The notes below the pieces were generated by a model. That model was not told the DNA's origin and did no database searches. It saw nothing but the letters and a program-made list of their open reading frames with translations. The translations under genes and the position numbers were made by a program. Below, in pieces: positions 40,101-55,100 of a DNA stretch of 64,000 nt. This DNA comes from Nemertoderma westbladi. Its lineage: Eukaryota; Animalia; Xenacoelomorpha. Position 1 is the stretch's first letter. Every line of letters starts with the position of its first letter. The stretch lies in contig JAUCBJ010009141.1 of the NCBI GenBank assembly GCA_032718475.1, forward strand, positions 62,001-126,000, written 5' to 3'.

Positions 40101-43100
40101 GCTGTCTGAGTGGAGAGATAAGTAGCCTATCTCCCTGTTAATATGTGTGTGTTCTAGAATATTTATTATAGTTTCATCGTATTGCCAAAGTGACTATAGA
40201 GCTGAAGTTGACTCATAATACAATAATTCACCTCAAATATCTCAGCTATTTCATGAACATTATGAAGTATTAAATCCATGTCGTTTCCTTGGTATTTTTC
40301 TGCAATAATTTATCAAAATATCCTCTGATTTTTTTCAAAAACCATATCAATTTTCATACTTATAACTTCTATCCCACTCAACGACATAAAGTATCTTAAA
40401 TGAAAGTCAAAAGAACAGGTAACACTTACATTTATAGAAGTAATCAGCTGTTATTTGCTACGTCTTCCCGCTGGAGATGGATGAATTTTGATTGCGTTGG
40501 AACACCCCCTATCTGTGGCTTTCTGAGTGGAGAGATAAGTAGCCTATCTCCCTATTAATATTGTTGTGTTCTAGAATATTTTTTATAGTTTCATCGTATT
40601 GCCAAAGTGACTAGAGCTGAAGTTAACTCATAATACAATAATTCACCTCAAATATCTCAGCTATTTCATGAACATAATGAAGTATTAAAGCCATGTCAAA
40701 ATCATTGGTGTTTTTCCTCAATAATTTATCAAAATATCCTCTGATTTTTTTCAAAAACCACATCGATTTTCTTATTTATAACTTCTATCCCACTCCACGA
40801 GATAGAGAATCTTAAATGAACGTCAAAAGAACAGGTAACACTTACATTTATAGCAGTAATCAGCTGTTATTTGCTACGTCTTTCCGCTGGAGATGGATGA
40901 ATTTTGATTGCGTTGGAACACCCCCTATCTGTGGCTGTCTGAGTGGAGAGATAAGTAGCCTATCTCCCTGTTAATATTGTTGTGTTCTAGAATATTTATT
41001 ATAGTTTCATCATATTGCCAAAGTGACTAGAGCTGAAGTTGACTCATACTACAATAATTCACCTCAAATATCTCAGCTATTTCATGAACATAATGAAGTA
41101 TTAAAGCCATGTCAAAATCATTGGTGTTTTTCCTCAATAATTTATCAAAATATCCTCTGATTTTTTTCAAAAACCACATCGATTTTCTTATTTATAACTT
41201 CTATCCCACTCCACGAGATAGAGAATCTTAAATGAACGTCAAAAGAACAGGACCCGTAACACTTACATTTATAGCAGTAATCAGCTGTTATTTGCTACGT
41301 CTTTCCGCTGGAGATGGATGAATTTTGATTGCATTGGAACACCCCCTATCTGTGGCTGTCTGAGTGGAGAGATAAGTAGCCTATCTCCCTGTTAATATTG
41401 TTGTGTTCTAGAATATTTATTATAGTTTCATCATATTGCCAAAGTGACTAGAGCTGAAGTTGACTCATACTACAATAATTCACCTCAAATATCTCAGCTA
41501 TTTCATGAACATAATGAAGTATTAAATCCATGTCAAATTCCTTGGTATTTTTCTGCAATAATTTATCAAAATATCCTGTGATTTTTTTCAAAAACCATAT
41601 CAATTTTCATATTTATAATTTCTATCCCACTCCACGAGATAAAGAATCTTAAATGAAAGTCAAAAGAACAGGTAACACTTACATTTATAGAAGTAATCAG
41701 CTGTTATTTGCTACGTCTTTCCGCTGGAGATGGATGACTTTTGATTGCGTTGGAACACCCCCTATCTGTGGCTGTCTGAGTGGAGAGATAAGTAGCCTAT
41801 CTCCCTGTTAATATGTGTGTGTTCTAGAATATTTATTATAGTTTCATCGTATTGCCAAAGTGACTATAGAGCTGAAGTTGACTCATAATACAATAATTCA
41901 CCTCAAATATCTCAGCTATTTCATGAACATAATGAAGTATTAAATCCATGTCAAATTCCTTGGTATTTTTCTGCAATAATTTATCAAAATATCCTCTGAT
42001 TTTTTTCAAAAACCATATCAATTTTCATACTTATAACTTCTATCCCACTCAACGAGATAAAGTATCTTAAATGAAAGTCAAAAGAACAGGTAACACTTAC
42101 ATTTATAGAAGTAATCAGCTGTTATTTGCTACGTCTTCCCGCTGGAGATGGATGAATTTTGATTGCGTTGGAACACCCCCTATCTGTGGCTTTCTGAGTG
42201 GAGAGATAAGTAGCCTATCTCCCTATTAATATTGTTGTGTTCTAGAATATTTTTTATAGTTTCATCGTATTGCCAAAGTGACTAGAGCTGAAGTTAACTC
42301 ATAATACAATAATTCACCTCAAATATCTCAGCTATTTCATGAACATAATGAAGTATTAAAGCCATGTCAAAATCATTGGTGTTTTTCCTCAATAATTTAT
42401 CAAAATATCCTCTGATTTTTTTCAAAAACCACATCGATTTTCTTATTTATAACTTCTATCCCACTCCACGAGATAGAGAATCTTAAATGAACGTCAAAAG
42501 AACAGGTAACACTTACATTTATAGCAGTAATCAGCTGTTATTTGCTACGTCTTTCCGCTGGAGATGGATGAATTTTGATTGCGTTGGAACACCCCCTATC
42601 TGTGGCTGTCTGAGTGGAGAGATAAGTAGCCTATCTCCCTGTTAATATTGTTGTGTTCTAGAATATTTATTATAGTTTCATCATATTGCCAAAGTGACTA
42701 GAGCTGAAGTTGACTCATACTACAATAATTCACCTCAAATATCTCAGCTATTTCATGAACATAATGAAGTATTAAATCCATGTCAAATTCCTTGGTATTT
42801 TTCTGCAATAATTTATCAAAATATCCTGTGATTTTTTTCAAAAACCATATCAATTTTCATATTTATAACTTCTATCCCACTCCACGAGATAAAGAATCTT
42901 AAATGAAAGTCAAAAGAACAGGTAACACTTACATTTATAGAAGTAATCAGCTGTTATTTGCTACGTCTTCCCGCTGGAGATGGATGAATTTTGATTGCGT
43001 TGGAACACCCCCTATCTGTGGCTTTCTGAGTGGAGAGATAAGTATCCTATCTCCCTATTAATATTGTTGTGTTCTAGAATATTTTTTATAGTTTCATCGT

Positions 43101-46100
43101 ATTGCCAAAGTGACTAGAGCTGAAGTTAACTCATACTACAATAATTCACCTCAAATATCTCAGCTATTTCATGAACATAATGAAGTATTAATACCATGTC
43201 AAATTCCTTGGTATTTTTCTGCAATAATTTATCAAAATATCCTGTGATTTTTTTCAAAAACCATATCAATTTTCATATTTATAACTTCTATCCCACTCCA
43301 CGAGATAAAGAATCTTAAATGAAAGTCAAAAGAACAGGTAACACTTACATTTATAGAAGTAATCAGCTGTTATTTGCTACGTCTTTCCGCTGGAGATGGA
43401 TGAATTTTGATTGTGTCAGAACACCCCCTATCTGTGGCTGTCTGAGTTGAGAAATAAGTAGCCTATCTCCCTATTAATATTGTTGTGTTCTAGAATATTT
43501 ATTATAGTTTCATCGTATTGCTAAAGTGGCTGGAGCTAAAGTTATTATGTAATAATGCAATAATTCACCTCAAATATCTCAGCTATTTCATGAACATAAT
43601 GAAGTATTAAAGCCATGTCAAAATCATTGGTGTTTTTCTGCAATAATTTATCAAAATATCCTCTGATTTTTTTCAAAAACCACATCGATTTTCTTATTTA
43701 TAACTTCTATCCCACTCCACGAGATAGATAATCTTAAATGAACGTCAAAAGAACAGGTAACACTTACATTTATAGCAGTAATCAGCTGTTATTTGCTACG
43801 TCTTTCCGCTGGAGATGGATGACTTTTGATTGCGTTGGAACACCCCCTATCTGTGGCTGTCTGAGTGGAGAGATAAGTAGCCTATCTCCCTGTTAATATG
43901 TGTGTGTTCTAGAATATTTATTATAGTTTCATCGTATTGCCAAAGTGACTATAGAGCTGAAGTTGACTCATAATACAATAATTCACCTCAAATATCTCAG
44001 CTATTTCATGAACATAATGAAGTATTAAATCCATGTCAAATTCCTTGGTATTTTTCTGCAATAATTTATCAAAATATCCTCTGATTTTTTTCAAAAACCA
44101 TATCAATTTTCATACTTATAACTTCTATCCCACTCAACGACATAAAGTATCTTAAATGAAAGTCAAAAGAACAGGTAACACTTACATTTATAGAAGTAAT
44201 CAGCTGTTATTTGCTACGTCTTTCCGCTGGAGATGGATTAATTTTGATTGCGTTGGAACACCCCCTATCTGTGGCTTTCTGAGTGGAGAGATAAGTATCC
44301 TATCTCCCTATTAATATTGTTGTGTTCTAGAATATTTTTTATAGTTTCATCGTATTGCCAAAGTGACTAGAGCTGAAGTTAACTCATAATACAATAATTC
44401 ACCTCAAATATCTCAGCTATTTCATGAACATAATGAAGTATTAAAGCCATGTCAAAATCATTGGTGTTTTTCTGCAATAATTTATCAAAATATCCTCTGA
44501 TTTTTTTCAAAAACCACATCGATTTTCTTATTTATAACTTCTATCCCACTCCACGAGATAGAGAATCTTAAATGAACGTCAAAAGAACAGGTAACACTTA
44601 CATTTATAGCAGTAATCAGCTGTTATTTGCTACGTCTTTCCGCTGGAGATGGATGAATTTTGATTGCGTTGGAACACCCCCTATCTGTGGCTGTCTGAGT
44701 GGAGAGATAAGTAGCCTATCTCCCTGTTAATATTGTTGTGTTCTAGAATATTTATTATAGTTTCATCATATTGCCAAAGTGACTAGAGCTGAAGTTGACT
44801 CATACTACAATAATTCACCTCAAATATCTCAGCTATTTCATGAACATAATGAAGTATTAAATCCATGTCAAATTCCTTGGTATTTTTCTGCAATAATTTA
44901 TCAAAATATCCTCTGATTTTTTTCAAAAACCATATCAATTTTCATATTTATAACTTCTATCCCACTCCACGAGATAAAGAATCTTAAATGAAAGTCAAAA
45001 GAACAGGTAACACTTACATTTATAGAAGTAATCAGCTGTTATTTGCTACGTCTTTCCGCTGGAGATGGATGAATTTTGATTGCGTTGGAACACCCCCTAT
45101 CTGTGGCTTTCTGAGTGGAGAGATAAGTATCCTATCTCCCTATTAATATTGTTGTGTTCTAGAATATTTTTTATAGTTTCATCGTATTGCCAAAGTGACT
45201 AGAGCTGAAGTTAACTCATAATACAATAATTCACCTCAAATATCTCAGCTATTTCATGAACATAATGAAGTATTAAAGCCATGTCAAATTCCTTGGTATT
45301 TTTCTGCAATAATTTATCAAAATATCCTGTGATTTTTTTCAAAAACCATATCAATTTTCATATTTATAACTTCTATCCCACTCCACGAGATAAAGAATCT
45401 TAAATGAAAGTCAAAAGAACAGGTAACACTTACATTTATAGAAGTAATCAGCTGTTATTTGCTACGTCTTTCCGCTGGAGATGGATGAATTTTGATTGCG
45501 TCAGAACACCCCCTATCTGTGGCTGTCTGAGTGGAGAAATAAGTAGCCTATCTCCCTATTAATATTGTTGTGTTCTAGAATATTTATTATAGTTTCATCG
45601 TATTGCTAAAGTGGCTGGAGCTAAAGTTATTATGTAATAGCAATAATTCACCTCAAATATCTCAGCTATTTCATGAACATAATGAAGTATTAAAGCCATG
45701 TCAAAATCATTGGTGTTTTTCTGCAATAATTTATCAAAATATCCTCTGATTTTTTTCAAAAACCACATCGATTTTCTTATTTATAACTTCTATCCCACTC
45801 CACGAGATAGATAATCTTAAATGAACGTCAAAAGAACAGGTAACACTTACATTTATAGCAGTAATCAGCTGTTATTTGCTACGTCTTTCCGCTGGAGATG
45901 GATGACTTTTGATTGCGTTGGAACACCCCCTATATGTGGCTGTCTGAGTGGAGAGATAAGTAGCCTATCTCCCTGTTAATATGTGTGTGTTCTAGAATAT
46001 TTATTATAGTTTCATCGTATTGCCAAAGTGACTATAGAGCTGAAGTTGACTCATAATACAATAATTCACCTCAAATATCTCAGCTATTTCATGAACATAA

Positions 46101-49100
46101 TGAAGTATTAAATCCATGTCAAATTCCTTGGTATTTTTCTGCAATAATTTATCAAAATATCCTCTGATTTTTTTCAAAAACCATATCAATTTTCATACTT
46201 ATAACTTCTATCCCACTCAACGACATAAAGTATCTTAAATGAAAGTCAAAAGAACAGGTAACACTTACATTTATAGAAGTAATCAGCTGTTATTTGCTAC
46301 GTCTTTCCGCTGGAGATGGATTAATTTTGATTGCGTTGGAACACCCCCTATCTGTGGCTTTCTGAGTGGAGAGATAAGTATCCTATCTCCCTATTAATAT
46401 TGTTGTCTTCTAGAATATTTTTTATAGTTTCATCGTATTGCCAAAGTGACTATAGAGCTGAAGTTGACTCATAATACAATAATTCACCTCAAATATCTCA
46501 GCTATTTCATGAACATTATGAAGTATTAAATCCATGTCAAATTTCTTGGTATTTTTCTGCAATAATTTATCAAAATATCCTCTGATTTTTTTCAAAAACC
46601 ATATCAATTTTCATACTTATAACTTCTATCCCACTCAACGACATAAAGTATCTTAAATGAAAGTCAAAAGAACAGGTAACACTTACATTTATAGAAGTAA
46701 TCAGATGTTATTTGCTACGTCTTTCCGCTGGAGATGGATGAATTTTGATTGCGTTGGAACACCCCCTATCTGTGGCTTTCTGAGTGGAGAGATAAGTATC
46801 CTATCTCCCTATTAATATTGTTGTGTTCTAGAATATTTTTTATAGTTTCATCGTATTGCCAAAGTGACTAAAGCTCAAGTTGTCTCATAATACAATAATT
46901 CACCTCAAATATCTCGGCTATTTCATGAACATAATGAAGTATTAAATCCATGTCAAAATCCTTGGTATTTTTCTGCAATAATTTATCAAAATTTCCTCTG
47001 ATTTTTTTCAAAAACCATATCAATTTTCATACTTATAACTTCTATCCCACTCAACAACATAAATTATCTTAAATGAACGTCAAAAGAACAGGTAACACTT
47101 ACATTTATAGAAGTAATCAGCTGTTATTTGCTACGTCTTTCCGCTGGAGATGGATGAATTTTGATTGCGTTGGAACACCCCCTATCTGTGGCTTTCTGAG
47201 TGGAGAGATAAGTATCCTATCTCCCTATTAATATTGTTGTGTTCTAGAATATTTTTTATAGTTTCATCGTATTGCCAAAGTGACTAGAGCTGAAGTTAAC
47301 TCATAATACAATAATTCACCTCAAATATCTCAGCTATTTCATGAACATAATGAAGTATTAAAGCCATGTCAAAATCATTGGTGTTTTTCTGCAATAATTT
47401 ATCAAAATATCCTCTTATTTTTTTCAAAAACCACATCGATATTCTTATTTATAACTTATATCCCACTCCACGAGATAGAGAATCTTAAATGAACGTCAAA
47501 AGAACAGGTAACACTTACATTTATAGCAGTAATCAGCTGTTATTTGCTACGTCTTTCCGCTGGAGATGGATGAATTTTGATTGCGTTGGAACACCCCCTA
47601 TCTGTGGCTGTCTGAGAGGAGAGATAAGTAGCCTATCTCCCTGTTAATATTGTTGTGTTCTAGAATATTTTTTATAGTTTCATCGTATTGCCAAAGTGAC
47701 TAGAGCTGAAGTTAACTCATAATACAATAATTCACCTCAAATATCTCAGCTATTTCTTGAACATAATGAAGTATTAAAGCCATGTCAAAATCCTTGGTGT
47801 TTTTCTGCAATAATTTATCAAAATATCCTCTGATTTTTTTCAAAAACCATATCAATTTTCATATTTATAACTTCTATCCCACTCCACGAGATAAAGAATC
47901 TTAAATGAAAGACAAAAGAACAGGTAACACTTACATTTATACAAGTAATCAGCTGTTATTTGCTACGTCTTTCCGCTGGAGATGGATGACTTTTGATTGC
48001 GTTGGAACACCCCCTATCTGTGGCTGTCTGAGTGGAGAGATAAGTAGCCTATCTCCCTGTTAATATGTGTGTGTTCTAGAATATTTATTATAGTTTCATC
48101 GTATTGCCAAAGTGACTATAGAGCTGAAGTTGACTCATAATACAATAATTCACCTCAAATATCTCGGCTATTTCATGAACATAATGAAGTATTAAATCCA
48201 TGTCAAAATCCTTGGTATTTTTCTGCAATAATTTATCAAAATTTCCTCTGATTTTTTTCAAAAACCATATCAATTTTCATACTTATAACTTCTATCCCAC
48301 TCAACGAAATAAATTATCTTAAATGAACGTCAAAAGAACAGGTAACACTTACATTTATAGAAGTAATCAGCTGTTATTTGCTACGTCTTTCCGCTGGAGA
48401 TGGATGAATTTTGATTGCGTTGGAACACCCCCTATCTGTGGCTTTCTGAGTGGAGAGATAAGTATCCTATCTCCCTATTAATATTGTTGTGTTCTAGAAT
48501 AGTATTAGTATTAAAGCCATGTCAAAATCATTGGTGTTTTTCTGCAATAATTTATCAAAATATCCTCTTATTTTTTTCAAAAACCACATCGATTTTCTTA
48601 TTTATAACTTCTATCCCACTCCACGAGATAGAGAATCTTAAATGAACGTCAAAAGAACAGGTAACACTTACATTTATAGAAGTAATCAGCTGTTATTTGC
48701 TATGTCTTTCCGCTGGAGATGGATGAATTTTGAGTGTGTCAGAACACCCCCTATCTGTGGCTTTCTGAGTGGAGAGATAAGTATCCTATCTCCCTATTAA
48801 TATTGTTGTGTTCTAGAATAGTATTAGTATTAAAGCCATGTCAAAATCATTGGTGTTTTTCTGCAATAATTTATCAAAATATCCTCTGATTTTTTTCAAA
48901 AACCATATCAATTTTCATACTTATAACTTCTATCCCACTCAACGAAATAAATTATCTTAAATGAACGTCAAAAGAACAGGTAACACTTACATTTATAGAA
49001 GTAATCAGCTGTTATTAGCTATGTCTTTCCGCTGGAGATGGATGAATTTTGAGTGTGTCAGAACACCCCCTATCTGTGGCTGTCTGAGTTGAGAAATAAG

Positions 49101-52100
49101 TAGCCTATCTCCCTATTAATATTGTTGTGTTCTAGAATATTTATTATAGTTTCATCGTATTGCTAAAGTGGCTGGAGCTATAGTTATTATGTAATTAATG
49201 CAATAATTCACCTCAAATATCTCAGCTATTTCATGAACATAATGAAGTATTAAAGCCATGTCAAAATCATTGGTGTTTTTCTGCAATAATTTATCAAAAT
49301 ATCCTCTGATTTTTTTCAAAAATCACATCGATTTTCTTATTTATAATTTCTATCCCACTCCACGAGATAGAGAATCTTAAATGAACGTCAAAAGAACAGG
49401 TAACACTTACATTTATAGCAGTAATCAGCTGTTGTTTGCTACGTCTTTCCGCTGGAGATGGATGAATTTTGATTGCGTTGGAACACCCCCTATCTGTGGC
49501 TGTCTGAGTTGAGAAATAAGTAGCCTATCTCCCTATTAATATTGGTGTGTTCTAGAATATTTTTTATAGTTTCATCGTATTGCCAAAGTGACTAGAGCTC
49601 AAGTTGTCTCATAATACAATAATTCACCTCAAATATCTCAGCTATTTCATGAACATAATGAAGTATTAAATCCATGTCAAAATCCTTGGTATTTTTCTGC
49701 AATAATTTATCAAAATATCCTCTGATTTTTTTCAAAAACCATATCAATTTTCATATTTATAACTTCTATCCCACTCCACGAGATAGAGAATCTTAAATGA
49801 ACGTCAAAAGAACAGGTAACACTTCTATTTATAGAAGTAATCAGCTGTTATTTGCTACGTCTTTCCGCTGGAGATGGATGAATTTTGATTGCGTTGGAAC
49901 ACCCCCTATCTGTGGCTTTCTGAGTGGAGAGATAAGTATCCTATCTCCCTGTTAATATTGTTGTGTTCTAGAATATTTATTATAGTTTCATCGTATTGCC
50001 AAAGTGACTATAGAGCTGAAGTTGACTCATAATACAATAATTCACCTCAAATATCTCAGCTATTTCATGAACATAATGAAGTATTAAATCCATGTCAAAT
50101 TCCTTGGTATTTTTCTGCAATAATTTATTAAAATATCCTCTGATTTTTTTCAAAAACCATATTAATTTTCATACTTATAACTTCTATCCCACTCAACGAG
50201 ATAAAGTATCTTAAATGAAAGTCAAAAGAACAGGTAACACTTACATTTATAGAAGTAATCAGCTGTTATTTGCTACGTCTTTCCGCTGGAGATGGATGAA
50301 TTTTGATTGCGTTGGAACACCCCCTATCTGTGGCTTTCTGAGTGGAGAGATAAGTATCCTATCTGCCTATTAATATTGGTGTGTTCTAGAATATTTTTTA
50401 TAGTTTCATCGTATTGCCAAAGTGACTAGAGCTCAAGTTGTCTCATAATACAATAATTCACCTCAAATATCTCAGCTATTTCATGAACATAATGAAGTAT
50501 TAAATCCATGTCAAAATCCTTGGTATTTTTCTGCAATAATTTATCAAAATATCCTCTGATTTTTTTCAAAAACCATATCAATTTTCATATTTATAACTTC
50601 TATCCCACTCCACGAGATAGAGAATCTTAAATGAACGTCAAAAGAACAGGTAACACTTATATTTATAGAAGTAATCAGCTGTTATTTGCTACGTCTTTCC
50701 GCTGGAGATGGATGAATTTTGATTGCGTTGGAACACCCCCTATCTGTGGCTTTCTGAGTGGAGAGATAAGTATCCTATCTCCCTATTAATATTGGTGTGT
50801 TCTAGAATATTTTTTATAATTTCATCGTATTGCCAAAGTGACTAGAGCTGAAGTTAACTCATAATACAATAATTCACCTCAAATATCTCAGCTATTTCAT
50901 GAACATAATGAAGTATTAAAGCCATGTCAAAATCATTGGTGTTTTTCCTCAATAATTTATCAAAATATCCTCTGATTTTTTTCAAAAACCACATCGATTT
51001 CTTATTTATAACTTCTTTCCCACTCCACGAGATAGAGAATCTTAAATGAACGTCAAAAGAACAGGTAACACTTACATTTATAGCAGTAATCAGCTGTTAT
51101 TTGCTACGTCTTTCCGCTGGAGATGGATGAATTTTGATTGCGTTGGAACACCCCCTATCTGTGGCTGTCTGAGTGGAGAGATAAGTAGCCTATCTCCCTG
51201 TTAATATTGTTGTGTTCTAGAATATTTATTATAGTTTCATCATATTGCCAAAGTGACTAGAGCTGAAGTTGACTCATAATACAATAATTCACCTCAAATA
51301 TCTCAGCTATTTCATGAACATAATGAAGTATTAAATCCATGTCAAATTCCTTGGTATTTTTCTGCAATAATTTATCAAAATATCCTGTGATTTTTTTCAA
51401 AAACCATATCAATTTTCATATTTATAACTTCGTTGACTCATAATACAATAATTCACCTTAAATATCTCAGCTATTTCATGAATATAATGAAGTATTAAAG
51501 CCATGTCAAAATCCTTGGTGTTTTTCTGCAATAATTTATCAAAATATCCTCTGATTTTTTTCAAAAACCATATCAATTTTCATACTTATAACTTCTATCC
51601 CACTCAACGAGATAAAGAATCTTAAATGAAAGTCAAAAGAACAGGTAACACTTACATTTATAGAAGTAATCAGCTGTTATTTGCTATGTCTTTCCGCTGG
51701 AGATGGATGAATTTTGAGTGTGTCAGAACACCCCCTATCTGTGGCTGTCTGAGTTGAGAAATAAGTAGCCTATCTCCCTATTAATATTGTTGTGTTCTAG
51801 AATATTTATTATAGTTTCATCGTATTGCTAAAGTGGCTGGAGCTAAAGTTATTATGTAATGCAATAATTCACCTCAAATATCTCAGCTATTTCATGAACA
51901 TAATGAAGTATTAAAGCCATGTCAAAATCCTTGGTGTTTTTCTGCAATAATTTATCAAAATATCCTCTGATTTTTTACAAAAATCATATCGATTTTCATA
52001 TTTATAACTTCTATCCCACTCCACGAGACAGAGAATCTTAAATGAACGTCAAAAGAACAGGTAAGACTTGCATTTATAGCAGTAATCAGCTGTTATTTGC

Positions 52101-55100
52101 TACGTCTTTCCGCTGGAGATGGATGAATTTTGATTGCGTTGGAACACCCCCTATCTGTGGCTGTCTGAGTGGAGAGATAAGTAGCCTATCTCCCTGTTAA
52201 TATTGTTGTGTTCTAGAATATTTATTATAGTTTCTATTGCCAAAGTGACTAGAGCTGAAGTTGACTCATAATACAATAATTCACCTCAAATATCTCAGCT
52301 ATTTCATGAACATAATGAAGTATTAAATCCATGTCAAATTCCTTGGTATTTTTCTGCAATAATTTATCAAAATATCCTGTGATTTTTTTCAAAAACCATA
52401 TCAATTTTCATATTTATAACTTCTATCCCACTCCACGAGATAGAGAATCTTAAATGAAAGTCAAAAGAACAGGTAACACTTACATTTATAGAAGTAATCA
52501 GCTGTTATTTGCTACGTCTTTCCGCTGGAGATGGATGAATTTTGATTGTGTCAGAACACCCCCTATCTGTGGCTGTCTGAGTTGAGAAATAAGTAGCCTA
52601 TCTCCCTATTAATATTGTTGTGTTCTAGAATATTTATTATAGTTTCATCGTATTGCTAAAGTGGCTGGAGCTAAAGTTATTATGTAATTAATGCAATAAT
52701 TCACCTCAAATATCTCAGCTATTTCATGAACATAATGAAGTATTAAATCCATGTCAAATTCCTTGGTATTTTTCTGCAATAATTTATTAAAATATCCTCT
52801 GATTTTTTTCAAAAACCATATTAATTTTCATACTTATAACTTCTATCCCACTCAACGAGATAAAGTATCTTAAATGAAAGTCAAAAGAACAGGTAACACT
52901 TACATTTATAGAAGTAATCAGCTGTTATTTGCTACGTCTTTCCGCTGGAGATGGATGAATTTTGATTGCGTTGGAACACCCCCTATCTGTGGCTTTCTGA
53001 GTGGAGAGATAAGTATCCTATCTGCCTATTAATATTGGTGTGTTCTAGAATATTTTTTATAGTTTCATCGTATTGCCAAAGTGACTAGAGCTCAAGTTGT
53101 CTCATAATACAATAATTCACCTCAAATATCTCAGCTATTTCATGAACATAATGAAGTATTAAATCCATGTCAAAATCCTTGGTATTTTTCTGCAATAATT
53201 TATCAAAATATCCTCTGATTTTTTTCAAAAACCATATCAATTTTCATATTTATAACTTCTATCCCACTCCACGAGATAGAGAATCTTAAATGAACGTCAA
53301 AAGAACAGGTAACACTTATATTTATAGAAGTAATCAGCTGTTATTTGCTACGTCTTTCCGCTGGAGATGGATGAATTTTGATTGCGTTGGAACACCCCCT
53401 ATCTGAGGCTTTCTGAGTGGAGAGATAAGTATCCTATCTCCCTATTAATATTGTTGTGTTCTAGAATATTTTTTATAGTTTCATCGTATTGCCAAAGTGA
53501 CTAGAGCTGAAGTTAACTCATAATACAATAATTCACCTCAAATATCTCAGCTATTTCATGAACATAATGAAGTATTAAAGCCATGTCAAAATCATTGGTG
53601 TTTTTCCTCAATAATTTATCAAAATATCCTCTGATTTTTTTCAAAAACCACATCGATTTCTTATTTATAACTTCTTTCCCACTCCACGAGATAGAGAATC
53701 TTAAATGAACGTCAAAAGAACAGGTAACACTTACATTTATAGCAGTAATCAGCTGTTATTTGCTACGTCTTTCCGCTGGAGATGGATGAATTTTGATTGC
53801 GTTGGAACACCCCCTATCTGTGGCTGTCTGAGTGGAGAGATAAGTAGCCTATCTCCCTGTTAATATTGTTGTGTTCTAGAATATTTATTATAGTTTCATC
53901 ATATTGCCAAAGTGACTAGAGCTGAAGTTGACTCATACTACAGTAATTCACCTCAAATATCTCAGCTATTTCATGAACATAATGAAGTATTAAATCCATG
54001 TCAAATTCCTTGGTATTTTTCTGCAATAATTTATTAAAATATCCTCTGATTTTTTTCAAAAACCATATCAATTTTCATATTTATAACTTCTATCCCACTC
54101 CACGAGATAGAGAATCTTAAATGAACGTCAAAAGAACAGGTAACACTTACATTTATAGCAGTAATCAGCTGTTATTTGCTACGTCTTTCCGCTGGAGATG
54201 GATGAATTTTGATTGCGTTGGAACACCCCCTATCTGTGGCTGTCTGAGTGGAGAGATAAGTAGCCTATCTCCCTGTTAATATTGTTGTGTTCTAGAATAA
54301 TTATTATAGTTTCATCGTATTGCCAAAGTGACTATAGAGCTGAAGTTGACTCATAATACAATAATTCACCTCAAATATCTCAGCTATTTCATGAACATAA
54401 TGAAGTATTAATTCCATGTCAAATTCCTTGGTATTTTTCTGCAATAATTTATCAAAATATCCTCTGATTTTTTTCAAAAACCATATCAATTTTCATACTT
54501 ATAACTTCTATCCCACTCAACGAGATAAAGAATCTTAAATGAAAGTCAAAAGAACAGGTAACACTTACATTTATAGAAGTAATCAGCTGTTATTTGCTAC
54601 GTCTTTCCGCTGGAGATGGATGAATTTTGATTGTGTCAGAACACCCCCTATCTGTGGCTGTCTGAGTTGAGAAATAAGTAGCCTATCTCCCTATTAATAT
54701 TGTTGTGTTCTAGAATATTTATTATAGTTTCATCGTATTGCTAAAGTGGCTGGAGCTAAAGTTATTATGTAATGCAATAATTCACCTCAAATATCTCAGC
54801 TATTTCATAAACATAATGAAGTATTAAAGCCATGTCAAAATCCTTGGTGTTTTTCTGCAATAATTTATCAAAATATCATCTGATTTTTTACAAAAATCAT
54901 ATCGATTTTCATATTTATAACTTCTATCCCACTCCACGAGATAGAGAATCTTAAATGAACGTCAAAAGAACAGGTAACACTTACATTTATAGCAGTAATC
55001 AGCTGTTATTTGCTACGTCTTTCCGCTGGAGATGGATGAATTTTGATTGCGTTGGAACACCCCCTATCTGTGGCTGTCTGAGTGGAGAGATAAGTAGCCT